Shown here piece after piece: positions 18,195 to 28,446 of a stretch of DNA of 29,451 bases (its first letter is position 1; every line of letters begins with the position of its first letter). The stretch comes from an uncultured Bacilli bacterium (GTDB lineage: Bacteria > Bacillota_I > Bacilli_A > RF39 > UBA660). The stretch is taken from the NCBI GenBank assembly GCA_944351345.1, contig CALVPO010000001.1, forward strand, positions 1-29,451, given 5' to 3'. The position numbers were made by a program, and so were the translations under genes. Below the pieces are notes generated by a model that saw only the letters and a list, made by a program, of their open reading frames with translations, did no database searches and was not told where the DNA came from.

Positions 18195-18368
18195 ATTTCC
18201 ACATAATACTACACGTTGAAAAAAAGTTTTCCACAGTATGTATTTTTTTACTGTTGTGGAAAATTGTGGAAAAGTTCGTTAAATGCTTAAAAATAAAGAT
18301 ATATTGCTGTTGATAGTGTTGTGGAAAAGTATGTGTTTTATTAATTTTATTTTTTGTACTTTTCCACA
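18195..18368. promoter_or_regulatory. oriC DnaA-box cluster upstream of dnaA
   Basis: ATTTCCACA 18195; TTTTCCACA 18227 and 18360; TGTGGAAAA 18255, 18265, 18320. Confidence 0.88.
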
Positions 18369-18455
18369 GACTATTTTTTTGTTACTTTATAATGAAATTT
18401 TTACACTTTTATTTTTTTTATGATAAAATTATTTTATGTGTTGGGAGGTAATGAC

Positions 18456-19850
18456 ATGAATGTTGATATTTTATGGGAAAATTTTCTGGATAAAATAAAA
18501 GAAAATATTTCATCTTTATCTTATGAAACTTGGTTTAAAGATACTAAATTGGTTTCTTTAAGAGATAATGTTGCTATTATTATTGTCCCGATGCCTTTTC
18601 ATAAAAAGCATTTAGTTGAAAATTATAGTAGTATTATTGAAAATACATTTACATCTTTAACTGATACTAAATTTTCATTTAGATTTCTCTTAGAAGAAGA
18701 GTGGTTAGAAGAGAAGGATAATTTTAATGATAAAAAAATAACTCTACCACAAAATATTCCTAATAATAACATTGAGCAAAGGGTTTCTACTCAATCTGCT
18801 ATTGATGCTAATCTAAATAAAGATTATGTATTTAGTACTTTTATTGTAGGAAATTCTAATAGATTTGCTTATACTGCATCAATGGCAGTAGCTGAAAAGC
18901 CTGGAAAAGCATATAATCCACTTTTTCTTTATGGTAAAAGTGGATTAGGTAAAACTCATCTAATGCATTCTATTGGTAATTATATTATTAAGAATTCCAA
19001 CTTAAAAGTTTTGTATATTTCTAGCGATAAATTTGTTAATGATTTTATTAATGCAGTTAGAAGTAATGATAAAAATAATTTTGACAAAATTGATGTATTT
19101 AAAAATAAGTATAGAAATATAGATGTTTTAATGATTGATGATATACAATTTCTAGGAAATGCTACTAAGGGACAAGAAGAGTTTTTTCATACATTTAATG
19201 AACTTTACAATGAAAATAAACAAATTGTTATAGCCTCTGATAGATCTGTTGATGATTTAAAAATGTTAGAAAACAGATTATTAACTAGATTTAATTGGGG
19301 ACTTACAGCAAATATTACTCCACCTGATTTTGATTTAAGGATGGATATTATAAAGAAAAAAATTTCTCATCAAGAATCTGCTAAAGATATCCCTATTGAG
19401 GTTATTGAGTATATAGCAAATAATTTTGCATCTGATGTTAGGCAATTAGAAGGAGCAATTACTCGAGTATTTGCTTATGCTTTAATGATGAATAAGGGTG
19501 TTGTTGATTTGGATACTGCTGTTGATGCTTTAAAAGATCAATTGACAGATAGAAGTGTTTATAAAAACGACATTCATAGAATTCAAACTGTTGTATGTGA
19601 TTATTTTAAAATTACAATTGATGATATAAAAGGTAAAAAAAGAAGTCAAAATATAAATTATCCTAGGCAGGTGGCTATATATTTATGTAGAACTATGGCT
19701 AATGAATCATTTCCTAAAATAGGAACTCATTTTGGAGGTAGAGATCATTCTACTATAATGAGTTCTTATAGAAAAATTGAGAAAGATTTAAAAACAAATG
19801 AACAATTAAAAATTGTTATAAAAGAATTAAAACAAATGTTATCCACATAG
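18456..19850 (+). CDS. dnaA: Chromosomal replication initiator DnaA
   Basis: YNPLFLYGKSGLGKTHL, DVLMIDDIQF, RQLEGA, FGGRDHST. Start moved to ATG 18456 behind GGGAGG. Confidence 0.98.
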   Translation: MNVDILWENFLDKIKENISSLSYETWFKDTKLVSLRDNVAIIIVPMPFHKKHLVENYSSIIENTFTSLTDTKFSFRFLLEEEWLEEKDNFNDKKITLPQNIPNNNIEQRVSTQSAIDANLNKDYVFSTFIVGNSNRFAYTASMAVAEKPGKAYNPLFLYGKSGLGKTHLMHSIGNYIIKNSNLKVLYISSDKFVNDFINAVRSNDKNNFDKIDVFKNKYRNIDVLMIDDIQFLGNATKGQEEFFHTFNELYNENKQIVIASDRSVDDLKMLENRLLTRFNWGLTANITPPDFDLRMDIIKKKISHQESAKDIPIEVIEYIANNFASDVRQLEGAITRVFAYALMMNKGVVDLDTAVDALKDQLTDRSVYKNDIHRIQTVVCDYFKITIDDIKGKKRSQNINYPRQVAIYLCRTMANESFPKIGTHFGGRDHSTIMSSYRKIEKDLKTNEQLKIVIKELKQMLST

Positions 19851-19970
19851 AGTTGTGGAAAAATTAATTTTTTTCCACAGTAGTTGTGGAAAAAATATCG
19901 TTGAAAAACAAAAAGAAAATAAAGTTTTCCACAATATCCACAGCATAATAATAAATAAAATAAATAATAA
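19839..19970. promoter_or_regulatory. oriC dnaA-dnaN region: DnaA boxes plus AT-rich unwinding element
   Basis: TTATCCACA 19839, TGTGGAAAA 19854 and 19885, TTTTCCACA 19871 and 19925, ATATCCACA 19934, then GC and ATAATAATAAATAAAATAAATAATAA. Confidence 0.88.
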
Positions 19971-19987
19971 GAAAGAGGGAATAGAAA

Positions 19988-21103
19988 ATGAAATTTGTAA
20001 TTAAACAAGATATATTATTAGAAAATTTAAATCATACAGCAAGAGCTATTTCACCTAGAAATTTAATTCCTATATTAACAGGTATTAAATTTGATTTAAG
20101 GGAAGAGGGATTATATTTGTCTGCTAGTGATACAGATATTTCTATAAGATGTTTAATACCTAAGGATAAAATTATTGAGGTTAAACAATTAGGAAGTATA
20201 GTTATTGGCGGAAAATATATAGTAGAAATAATAAAAAAATTACCTAATATGGATATTACGATTGAGGTTATGGATGGTTATAAAATGATTGTTAGTACTA
20301 TTAATACTGAATTTAATTTAAATGGTATTAATCCTAATGAATTTCCTAATTTAGATTTAGAAGAAACTAAGGAGCCTATTATATTAAATACTAGTGTTTT
20401 TAAAAAGATTATATCTCAAACTTTTTTTGCAACTTCTCAGAATGAGTCACGTCCATTATTGACAGGTATTAATTTTAGAATAGAAAATAATTTAATGGAA
20501 GTTATTGCTACTGATTCTTATAGATTAGCAAAGAAAAGTATATTTATAGATAAAAATTTAGATAATAATATTAATATAGTTATTCCAGGAAAAAATTTAT
20601 TAGAATTATCGAAAATTTTAGATGATGATGATGAAAGTTTGGAATTACATATATTTGAAAATAAAATTTTATTTAAATATAAAGAAATTGTATTTTTATC
20701 TAGATTACTTAGTGGTACTTATCCTGCTACTTCATCTATTATTCCTACTGATTTTAGTGTTAGCGTAGAATGTAGTTGCAATGGACTTTATGAAATGATA
20801 GATAGAGCTTCATTATTAACTTCTGATAGAGATAAAAATACTATAAAATTAGTTTTAAAATCTAAGGAGCTTATAATTTCTTCTAATTCACCAGAAATAG
20901 GTAAAGTTGAGGAAAAAATGGCTGTAAATAGTGAAGATGAAATTTCAATTTCATTTAGTTCTAAATATATGTTAGATTGTGTTAAAAGTTTTGAAACTAA
21001 TACTATTACTTTGTATATGATAGATTATAATAAGCCAATAATTATTAAATCAAATGAAGATGATTCTTTAATTCAATTAGTTTTACCTATTAAAACTTAT
21101 TAA
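19988..21103 (+). CDS. dnaN: DNA polymerase III beta clamp
   Basis: IPILTGI, ESRPLLTG, ATDSYRLA, LVLPIKTY; follows dnaA. Confidence 0.97.
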   Translation: MKFVIKQDILLENLNHTARAISPRNLIPILTGIKFDLREEGLYLSASDTDISIRCLIPKDKIIEVKQLGSIVIGGKYIVEIIKKLPNMDITIEVMDGYKMIVSTINTEFNLNGINPNEFPNLDLEETKEPIILNTSVFKKIISQTFFATSQNESRPLLTGINFRIENNLMEVIATDSYRLAKKSIFIDKNLDNNINIVIPGKNLLELSKILDDDDESLELHIFENKILFKYKEIVFLSRLLSGTYPATSSIIPTDFSVSVECSCNGLYEMIDRASLLTSDRDKNTIKLVLKSKELIISSNSPEIGKVEEKMAVNSEDEISISFSSKYMLDCVKSFETNTITLYMIDYNKPIIIKSNEDDSLIQLVLPIKTY

Positions 21104-21116
21104 TAATTTTGTTGTT

Positions 21117-21143
21117 TACGACAAAATTCGACATAAAACGACA
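21117..21143 (+). promoter_or_regulatory. Three phased CGACA direct repeats (0A-box-like)
   Basis: TACGACA / TTCGACA / AACGACA at exact 10-bp period; TTCGACA is the reverse complement of TGTCGAA. Confidence 0.5.
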
Positions 21144-21201
21144 AACTTTTATGTTTTAATATTCCCTCGATGCAGAGAAAATCTGCTAGAAAGGGGGAAA
21201 T

Positions 21202-21687
21202 ATGAAAGAATTATCTAATTATGTTATTAATTATGAGACATTGTTAATTATTCCTTATATTGAAGATGAGAATAAGAAGATAATCAAATCAAAAGTTTTT
21301 GAACTTGATGAGGAATTTATTGTTAATAAAAGTCCTTTTGAGATAGTTAGTGATAGTTGTTTATTTTTTGGAAGTTCATTTGAAGGAAGAAGGCAAGGTA
21401 CAATAAATTTAATTAGTTGTGGAATAAAAGTTCCAATAATTATAGAAGATAGTAAAAATTTTATTTTTTTTCCTACTCATTCATATAAAAATAATAAAAA
21501 TATTTGGGTTTCTTATAAAAATTTAATTAATTATAAGAAATATGATGTTGATTCTACTTTATTTAAATTTATTGGGAATAATGATATAAAAGTTAATGTT
21601 AGGTATAACATTGTTGATAATCAAATTATTAGATGTATTAAATTAAATGATGTTATAAATAAAAGAAAAATGATTAGAAATAGATAA
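21202..21687 (+). CDS. ComK-family protein
   Basis: YVINYETLLIIP, SCLFFGSSFEGRR, KVPIII...FFPT.S....W pattern recognised as ComK-like; orthology to true comK not established. Confidence 0.75.
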   Translation: MKELSNYVINYETLLIIPYIEDENKKIIKSKVFELDEEFIVNKSPFEIVSDSCLFFGSSFEGRRQGTINLISCGIKVPIIIEDSKNFIFFPTHSYKNNKNIWVSYKNLINYKKYDVDSTLFKFIGNNDIKVNVRYNIVDNQIIRCIKLNDVINKRKMIRNR

Positions 21688-21808
21688 TTATTTTTCTTTT
21701 TTTGGTTATAATTATTTAAAAATATAGGAAGTTATGCTATAATGTATATATGTTTAAAACATTATTATAGGTTTGGTGATTTAATTTGAGTATTATAGAT
21801 AGTTTTAT

Positions 21809-22930
21809 ATGAAGATAAAGAATTTAAAACTTAAAAATTTTCGTAATTATGAAAATTTAGATATTAAGTTTGATAAAAGTCTTAATATTTTTATAGGGGA
21901 TAATGCTCAAGGAAAATCTAATATATTAGAATCTATTGTTGTATTAGCTCTTACTAAATCTTATTTGAATGTAAAAGATAAAAATTTGATAAGGAATGGG
22001 GCTTTGTTTTCTAATATATCTGCTAAAGTTGTTTTTGATAATAGTGTTGATGATTTATTTATTAGTTTTAATGAAAAAGAAAAAAAAGTTAAGATTAATA
22101 ATAATTTAATAAAAAAATATAGTGACTATATATCTAAAGTGCGTTTTATTTTATTTAGTCCGTTAGATATTAATTTGATTAGAGAATCACCTTCAAGTAG
22201 AAGGAAGGTTTTTAATGTTGAGATTAGTCAACTTTCTAATAGATATGTTAAATTAATGCAAAATTATAACGCTGTTTTAAAAAAGAGAAATCAATTTTTA
22301 AAAAAAGTTATTTCTGTTGGAAAGTGTGATAGTTTTTATTTAGGTATTATTAATGAAAAGTTTTCTATATTAGCTGTTGATATCACTATGGAAAGATATA
22401 ATTTTGTTAATAGTATTAATAATAGATTGAGTGATATCTATAGAGAGATAACTGGAGATTGTGGTTTAACTTTTAAATATAATAGTAGTATTGATATATG
22501 CGATAATCAAGTTTCTATGAGAAATTTGTTTTTAAATAGATTGAAAGATAATTTTGAAAAAGATAAACTTTATGGAATGACTTTAATCGGTCCACATAGG
22601 GATGATTATTCTTTATTTTTAGGTGATAGTGATTTATCTATTTATGGTTCTCAAGGTCAAAATAGAGTAGCTATTTTATCTTTGAAATTATCAGAAATTT
22701 TTATGTTTAAGGAAAAAACTGGAGATTATCCTATATTACTTTTAGATGATATATTTAGTGAATTAGATATAACTAAAAGAAATAGGTTAGTTAAATATAT
22801 TTTAAGTGATGTTCAAACTATTATTACTACTACTGATTTGAATATGCTTGATAAATCATTAATAGAGAGAGCTAAAATTTTTAAAATTAGTAATGGTAAT
22901 GTAGTTATAGATGATGGGAAAGAAGGTTAG
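21809..22930 (+). CDS. recF: DNA replication/repair protein RecF
   Basis: NFRNY, GDNAQGKSN, GPHRDD, GSQGQNR, LLLDDIFSELD. Confidence 0.97.
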   Translation: MKIKNLKLKNFRNYENLDIKFDKSLNIFIGDNAQGKSNILESIVVLALTKSYLNVKDKNLIRNGALFSNISAKVVFDNSVDDLFISFNEKEKKVKINNNLIKKYSDYISKVRFILFSPLDINLIRESPSSRRKVFNVEISQLSNRYVKLMQNYNAVLKKRNQFLKKVISVGKCDSFYLGIINEKFSILAVDITMERYNFVNSINNRLSDIYREITGDCGLTFKYNSSIDICDNQVSMRNLFLNRLKDNFEKDKLYGMTLIGPHRDDYSLFLGDSDLSIYGSQGQNRVAILSLKLSEIFMFKEKTGDYPILLLDDIFSELDITKRNRLVKYILSDVQTIITTTDLNMLDKSLIERAKIFKISNGNVVIDDGKEG

Positions 22931-22933
22931 AAG

Positions 22934-24847
22934 ATGAACAATGAACATTATGATGCTTCAGATATTCAAGTTTTAGAAGGATTAGAAGCAGTTAGAAAAA
23001 GGCCTGGTATGTATATAGGTTCTACTAGTGTTAGAGGTTTACATCATTTGGTATGGGAAATTGTTGATAATGCTATAGATGAAGCTTTAGCTGGTTATTG
23101 TGATGATATTGAAATTATAGTTAATAAGGATGGTTCTGTGACTGTTAAAGATGATGGTAGAGGAATTCCTGTAGAGATACATCCAAAAACAGGTTTATCA
23201 ACTGTTGAGACTGTTTATACTGTTTTGCATGCAGGTGGTAAATTTGGTGGTGGTGGTTATAAAGTAAGTGGTGGTCTACATGGTGTAGGTGCATCTGTTG
23301 TTAATGCTTTAAGTAAATGGGTTGAAGTTACTGTTTATAAGAATGCTAAAGTTTATAATATAAAATTTGCAGATGGTGGTAAGACTACACAACCTTTGAC
23401 TGTTATTGGTGAGTGTAGTGAAGATAGAACTGGAACTACTGTTACTTTTATGCCTGATGATACAATATTTACTGATACTATTGTTTTTGATTATGATACT
23501 TTAAAGACAAGAGCGAGAGAGTTAGATTTTATAAATAAAGGTTTAAGAATAATTTTAATGGATGATACAGATCGTAATAGAGATACTTTCGATTATGAAG
23601 GTGGAATAAAAGAATTTGTAAAATATGTTAATAATAATAAAAATCCTATTCATGATGATATAGTTTATGTAGAAGGTGTGGAAAATGATATTTCTATGGA
23701 AGTAGCTTTGCAATATAACGATGGTTATAATTCTGTTATTTATTCTTTTGTTAATAATATAATTACACCTGAAGGTGGAACACATGAAGATGGTGTTAAA
23801 CAAGCTTTAACTAGAATTATTAATAGTTATGCCAGGAATAATAAGCTATTAAAGGACAATGATGATCCTTTGTCTGGTGAAGATGTTAGAGAAGGTATTA
23901 CTATGATTGTTTCAGCAAAAGTTCCTGAACCACAATTTGAGGGTCAAACAAAGACTAAACTTGGTAATAGTGAAGTAAGGAAAGTCGCTGCTAGTATTTT
24001 TAGTAAAGAATTTGAGAGATTTTTATTAGAACATCCTAATGATGCTAAAATTATTATTGAGAAGGCTATGACGGCTGCTAGAGCTAGAGTTGCTGCAAAA
24101 AGAGCTAGGGAGCTTACTAGAAGAAAAGGTGGATTAGAAGTTAGTAATTTTTGGGGAAAACTTACTGATTGTTCTTCTAAGGATGCTACTGTGTCTGAGA
24201 TGTTTATTGTGGAAGGTGATTCGGCAGCTGGTTCTGCTAAGATGGGAAGGGATCCTATAACTCAGGCTATTTTGCCTATTAGAGGAAAGATTCTTAATGT
24301 TGAGAAAGCTAGATTGGATAGAGTTTTGGCTAATGAAGAGATAAGGACTATGATTACTGCTTTAGGAACCGGTATTGGAGAGGAATTTGATATATCTAAA
24401 TTAAGATATCATAAGATTATTATTATGACAGATGCTGATGTAGATGGGGAACATATTAGAACATTGCTTCTGACGCTTTTTTATAGGTATTTTAGACCAC
24501 TTATTGATGGTGGATATATATATGCTGCTCAACCTCCTCTTTATTCTGTTAAGAGAGGAAAATCCATTAAATATGTATTAGATGATAATGAATTAGATTC
24601 GTATGTTAATTCTTTGCCAGAAAATACAAAATATGAAGTAGGTAGAATGAAGGGGTTAGGAGAAATGGATCCTGAAGAGTTAAGGGAGACTACTATGGGG
24701 ATTTCTAATAGAGTATTAAAGCAAATTACAATGGATGATGTATTAGCAGCTGATGAGGTATTTCAATTGTTGATGGGTGAAAATGTTGAACCTAGAAGAA
24801 AATTTATAGAAAATAATGCATTATCTGTTGAAAATTTGGATATATAG
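22934..24847 (+). CDS. gyrB: DNA gyrase subunit B
   Basis: [34 protein letters not shown]. Confidence 0.97.
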   Translation: MNNEHYDASDIQVLEGLEAVRKRPGMYIGSTSVRGLHHLVWEIVDNAIDEALAGYCDDIEIIVNKDGSVTVKDDGRGIPVEIHPKTGLSTVETVYTVLHAGGKFGGGGYKVSGGLHGVGASVVNALSKWVEVTVYKNAKVYNIKFADGGKTTQPLTVIGECSEDRTGTTVTFMPDDTIFTDTIVFDYDTLKTRARELDFINKGLRIILMDDTDRNRDTFDYEGGIKEFVKYVNNNKNPIHDDIVYVEGVENDISMEVALQYNDGYNSVIYSFVNNIITPEGGTHEDGVKQALTRIINSYARNNKLLKDNDDPLSGEDVREGITMIVSAKVPEPQFEGQTKTKLGNSEVRKVAASIFSKEFERFLLEHPNDAKIIIEKAMTAARARVAAKRARELTRRKGGLEVSNFWGKLTDCSSKDATVSEMFIVEGDSAAGSAKMGRDPITQAILPIRGKILNVEKARLDRVLANEEIRTMITALGTGIGEEFDISKLRYHKIIIMTDADVDGEHIRTLLLTLFYRYFRPLIDGGYIYAAQPPLYSVKRGKSIKYVLDDNELDSYVNSLPENTKYEVGRMKGLGEMDPEELRETTMGISNRVLKQITMDDVLAADEVFQLLMGENVEPRRKFIENNALSVENLDI

Positions 24848-24859
24848 GAGGTAAGGTTT

Positions 24860-27313
24860 ATGCAAGATGAGTTAAAAGATAGAAAAGTCTCTGTTGATAT
24901 AGTTAGTGAAATGAAAAAATCTTTTCTTGATTATTCAATGAGTGTTATAGTTGCTAGGGCTATTCCCGATGTAAAAGATGGTTTGAAGCCTGTTCATAGA
25001 AGAATACTTTATACTTTGTATGAGGAAGGGATGACACCAGATAAGAAATATCAGAAGAGTGCAAATGCAGTTGGTGCTGTTATGGGTCATTATCATCCAC
25101 ATGGTGATTCTGCTATTTATGATACGATGGTTCGTATGGCGCAAGATTTTACTTATAGACATTGTTTAGTTGATGGACATGGAAATTTTGGTTCTATTGA
25201 TGGAGATGGAGCTGCTGCTAGTAGATATACTGAGGCACGACTTGCTAAAATTTCTATGGAAATGCTTAGAGATTTGAACAAGGATACGGTAGATTTTACT
25301 AAAAATTATGATGAGCAAAGAGAAGAACCTGTTGTTTTACCTAGTAGATTTCCGAATATTTTGGTAAATGGTAATATGGGAATTGCTGTTGGTATGGCTA
25401 CTAATATACCTCCTCATAATTTAGGTGAAGTTATTGATGCTTGTATTGCTTATATTGATAATAGGGATATAACTGTTATGGAACTTATGGAATATATAAA
25501 AGGTCCTGACTTTCCTACTGCAGGTGTTATTTTAGGAAACAGTGGTATAAAAAGGGCTTTTGAGACTGGTAGAGGCACTATTACTATTAGAGGGATGGCT
25601 CAGATTGAGGAGCATCATGGTAAGGAGAGAATAATTATTACTGAATTACCATATCAAGTTAATAAGAAATCATTGATTACTAGAATAGGAGAATTAGTTA
25701 GAGATAAGGTAATAGATGGAATTTCTAATCTTAGTGATGAATCCGCTTTAGAAGGAATTAAGATTGTTATTGATGTAAAAAAGGAAGCTAATGCTAATAT
25801 TGTTTTGAATAATTTATATAAACATACTCAGTTGCAGACTTCATATGGTATTAATTTTTTAATGCTTGTAGATGGTAGTCCGAGAACTATTGGTTTAAGG
25901 GAAATATTAGAGAAATATATTGATCATCAGAGAAATGTTATTTATAGAAGATGTCAATTTGAATTGAAAAAATATAGGGCTAGGTTACATATATTAGAAG
26001 GTTTGAAGATTGCTCTTGATAATATTGATAGAGTTATTAAAATTATTAGAGAATCAGAAACTGATGAAATTGCTCAATCTGGTTTAATGTCTGAATTTGG
26101 ATTGACTGAAGCTCAGTCACAAGCTATTTTAGAGATGAGGCTTAAGAGACTTACAGGTTTAGAAAAAGCTAAAATTGAGGATGAAATAGATGAATTATTG
26201 AAGCTTATTAAGGAGTTAGAAGAAATTGTTGCTAGTGAGGCTAAAATATTGGAAGTTATTAAAAAGGAAATGCTTGAAATAAAGGAAAAATATGCTGATG
26301 AGCGTAGAACACATATTGATATGACAGCTATTGATTATATTGAGGATGAATCTTTAATACCTGTTGAAAACATTGTTTTGACATTAACTCATAAGGGTTA
26401 TATAAAGAGGCTACCTGTGGATACTTATAAAATTCAAAATCGTGGTGGAGTTGGTGTTAAAGGTATGGCAACTAATGAAGAGGATTTTGTTGAACATGTT
26501 ATTAATGCTACTTCACATGATTATATTTTGTTTTTCACTAGTAAAGGTCGTGTATTTAGAGTAAAAGGTTATGAAGTACCAGAATTTTCTAGACAATCGA
26601 AAGGTTTACCTTTAGTTAATTTATTGAATTTTGATAAGAATGAATTTGTCACTTCATTGTTGAAAACTTCAAATTCAGATGATTCTAAGTACTTAGTATT
26701 TGCTACTAAAATGGGATTGATAAAGAGGACTGATATTAGAGAATTTGATAGTATTAGGAATAATGGGAAAAAGGCTATTACTTTAAAAGATGATGATGAA
26801 TTGATTTCTGTTAAGAAAACTACTGGTGATAATGAAATTTTAATGGCTTCTTCTAATGGTAGAATGGTTAGATTTTCTGAGAATGTTGTTAGAATAATGG
26901 GGCGTAATGCTTCAGGTGTTAAAGGAATTGATTTAAATGGTAGTACTTTAGTTGGTATGGAAGTTGTTGAAAATGGACAAGATGTATTTGTTATTACTAA
27001 GAATGGTTATGGAAAGAAAACTCCTGTTGGTGAGTATAGGGTAACTAATAGAGGTGGAAAAGGTGTTAAAACTTTAAATATTACTGAAAAAAATGGTGAT
27101 ATTGTGGCTTTTAAAACTATGTCTGGTGATAATAAAGATTTAATGATTGTTACTAATGAGGGTATTATTATTAGAATTAATATTAATCAAATTTCTACTA
27201 TGAGTAGAGTTACTCAAGGAGTAAGATTAATTCATTTGAGAGAAGGTCAATTTGTTAGTACTGTTGCTATTATTGATGAAGTAATTGAGGATGTTAAGTC
27301 TAGTGATAATTAA
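24860..27313 (+). CDS. gyrA: DNA gyrase subunit A
   Basis: DGLKPVHRR, YHPHGDSA, catalytic RYTE, GyrA-box QNRGGVG, beta-pinwheel repeats. Confidence 0.97.
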   Translation: MQDELKDRKVSVDIVSEMKKSFLDYSMSVIVARAIPDVKDGLKPVHRRILYTLYEEGMTPDKKYQKSANAVGAVMGHYHPHGDSAIYDTMVRMAQDFTYRHCLVDGHGNFGSIDGDGAAASRYTEARLAKISMEMLRDLNKDTVDFTKNYDEQREEPVVLPSRFPNILVNGNMGIAVGMATNIPPHNLGEVIDACIAYIDNRDITVMELMEYIKGPDFPTAGVILGNSGIKRAFETGRGTITIRGMAQIEEHHGKERIIITELPYQVNKKSLITRIGELVRDKVIDGISNLSDESALEGIKIVIDVKKEANANIVLNNLYKHTQLQTSYGINFLMLVDGSPRTIGLREILEKYIDHQRNVIYRRCQFELKKYRARLHILEGLKIALDNIDRVIKIIRESETDEIAQSGLMSEFGLTEAQSQAILEMRLKRLTGLEKAKIEDEIDELLKLIKELEEIVASEAKILEVIKKEMLEIKEKYADERRTHIDMTAIDYIEDESLIPVENIVLTLTHKGYIKRLPVDTYKIQNRGGVGVKGMATNEEDFVEHVINATSHDYILFFTSKGRVFRVKGYEVPEFSRQSKGLPLVNLLNFDKNEFVTSLLKTSNSDDSKYLVFATKMGLIKRTDIREFDSIRNNGKKAITLKDDDELISVKKTTGDNEILMASSNGRMVRFSENVVRIMGRNASGVKGIDLNGSTLVGMEVVENGQDVFVITKNGYGKKTPVGEYRVTNRGGKGVKTLNITEKNGDIVAFKTMSGDNKDLMIVTNEGIIIRININQISTMSRVTQGVRLIHLREGQFVSTVAIIDEVIEDVKSSDN

Positions 27314-27339
27314 AGTCTTAATTTGTAAAGTTGTTTTAT

Positions 27340-27374
27340 GTACACATATATAAATATGTGTACTTTTATTTTTT
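27340..27374 (+). terminator. Intrinsic terminator after gyrA
   Basis: GTACACATAT-ATAA-ATATGTGTAC, 10-bp stem followed by TTTTATTTTTT. Confidence 0.8.
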
Positions 27375-27428
27375 CTATTTTTCTGTGGAAAACTATTTTT
27401 ACATTCAGATATTTATAAAATATTTTTA

Positions 27429-27444
27429 TGTTCCACGTGAAACA
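27429..27444. promoter_or_regulatory. parS site 1
   Basis: TGTTCCACGTGAAACA matches the Bacillus parS consensus; ATTTCCACA follows at 27448. Confidence 0.9.
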
Positions 27445-27565
27445 TAGATTTCCACAATTTCTTTTTTTATTTAACAAAAGGGTGGTTAGTATTTGTTTAT
27501 AAAATATTATGCAATTGATGCTTGTTAATGTAATTTTGTTAAATTATTTTTATGTATTCTTTATA

Positions 27566-27581
27566 TGTTTCACGTGGAACA
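27566..27581. promoter_or_regulatory. parS site 2
   Basis: TGTTTCACGTGGAACA; TTTTCCACA follows at 27584. Confidence 0.9.
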
Positions 27582-27892
27582 TGTTTTCCACATCTATTAA
27601 TTTATAACTATATTATTTATAAAGGTTATTTTGAAATTTTTATTATTTCGTTAATTAAGAATGAAAGATATTTATAATCTGTTGAAATTAAAATTTGTAG
27701 TTTAATAAAGAAAAATTTAACTATTCTTATAATTCTATTAAATTTATATTGTTTTATTAATAATCAGTTTAATAGAATTTCTAATACTATAATTTTATTT
27801 TTTATTGTTAATAAAAGTTATTTATTAATATATTTGTTTGATAATGTTTGATGTGAAAATTATAATATATTTATTTTATAAGATTATTTTTA

Positions 27893-27908
27893 TGTTTCAC
27901 GTGAAACA
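27893..27908. promoter_or_regulatory. parS site 3
   Basis: Perfect palindrome TGTTTCACGTGAAACA; ATTTCCACA follows at 27912. Confidence 0.92.
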
Positions 27909-27924
27909 TAGATTTCCACAGGTT

Positions 27925-28270
27925 GTTTAAATTACAAAATAATGCTAATAAAATATTTAATGGAAAAATTGCATATAGATTTAGATAATTAATTGGACAT
28001 GGTTGTTAAGCAAGAAATATTCAAATAATAAAAGAAAGCATTTCAAGAGAGTATGTTCATATGTGGTCTTATGCCCTCTAAATATTTCTGTAGCACAAAT
28101 GAATGATGCAATATTTGAAAGGAAGAAGTTCTAAAAAATTAGAAGGAGAGTTTCTACTATTAAAGAAAAAAGTTTGTGGACAATATATATGGGCTGTTGA
28201 ATTTTTTTGTAGAACTGTTGGACAATTACTGATGAAATTATAAAATTATATATAGAAAAACAAACTGATA
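27925..28270 (+). pseudogene. Decayed IS200/IS605-family TnpA (Y1 HUH transposase)
   Basis: Pieces in shifting frames: GKIAYRFR*LIGHGC*ARNIQIIKESISREYVHM, then MQYLKGRSSKKLEGEF...GQYIWAVEFFCRTVG, then TDEIIKLYIEKQ. These match the HUH, LKGRSS, W..GYF..TVG and YIxxQ motifs of TnpA. Confidence 0.8.
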
Positions 28271-28430
28271 ATAAAAAAGAAGTTTTAGATATGGATTTTT
28301 GGATTTTAAACAACTCTTGTGTTTTTAGTGCATGGTGATTGATAATAATTAATTATTTATCTATAGTTGAAATAATTTATAGTTATATATGATATGTAGC
28401 TATCACGGTTAATTTATAAAAAAAATTTTA

Positions 28431-28446
28431 TGTTCCACGTGAAACA
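28431..28446. promoter_or_regulatory. parS site 4
   Basis: TGTTCCACGTGAAACA; TTTTCCACA follows at 28451. Confidence 0.9.

Noticed and set aside
25210-25235. GyrA AAASRY instead of AAAMRY
   Set aside because: The catalytic Arg-Tyr and the quinolone-site Ser are intact; treated as lineage drift.
27731-27779. 12-bp AT-rich inverted repeat in the parS spacer (similar ones at 3736-3761 and 13110-13124)
   Set aside because: Expected by chance at this AT content; no associated feature.
28131-28313. 60-aa minus-strand ORF
   Set aside because: Antisense to the IS200 relic; no support.
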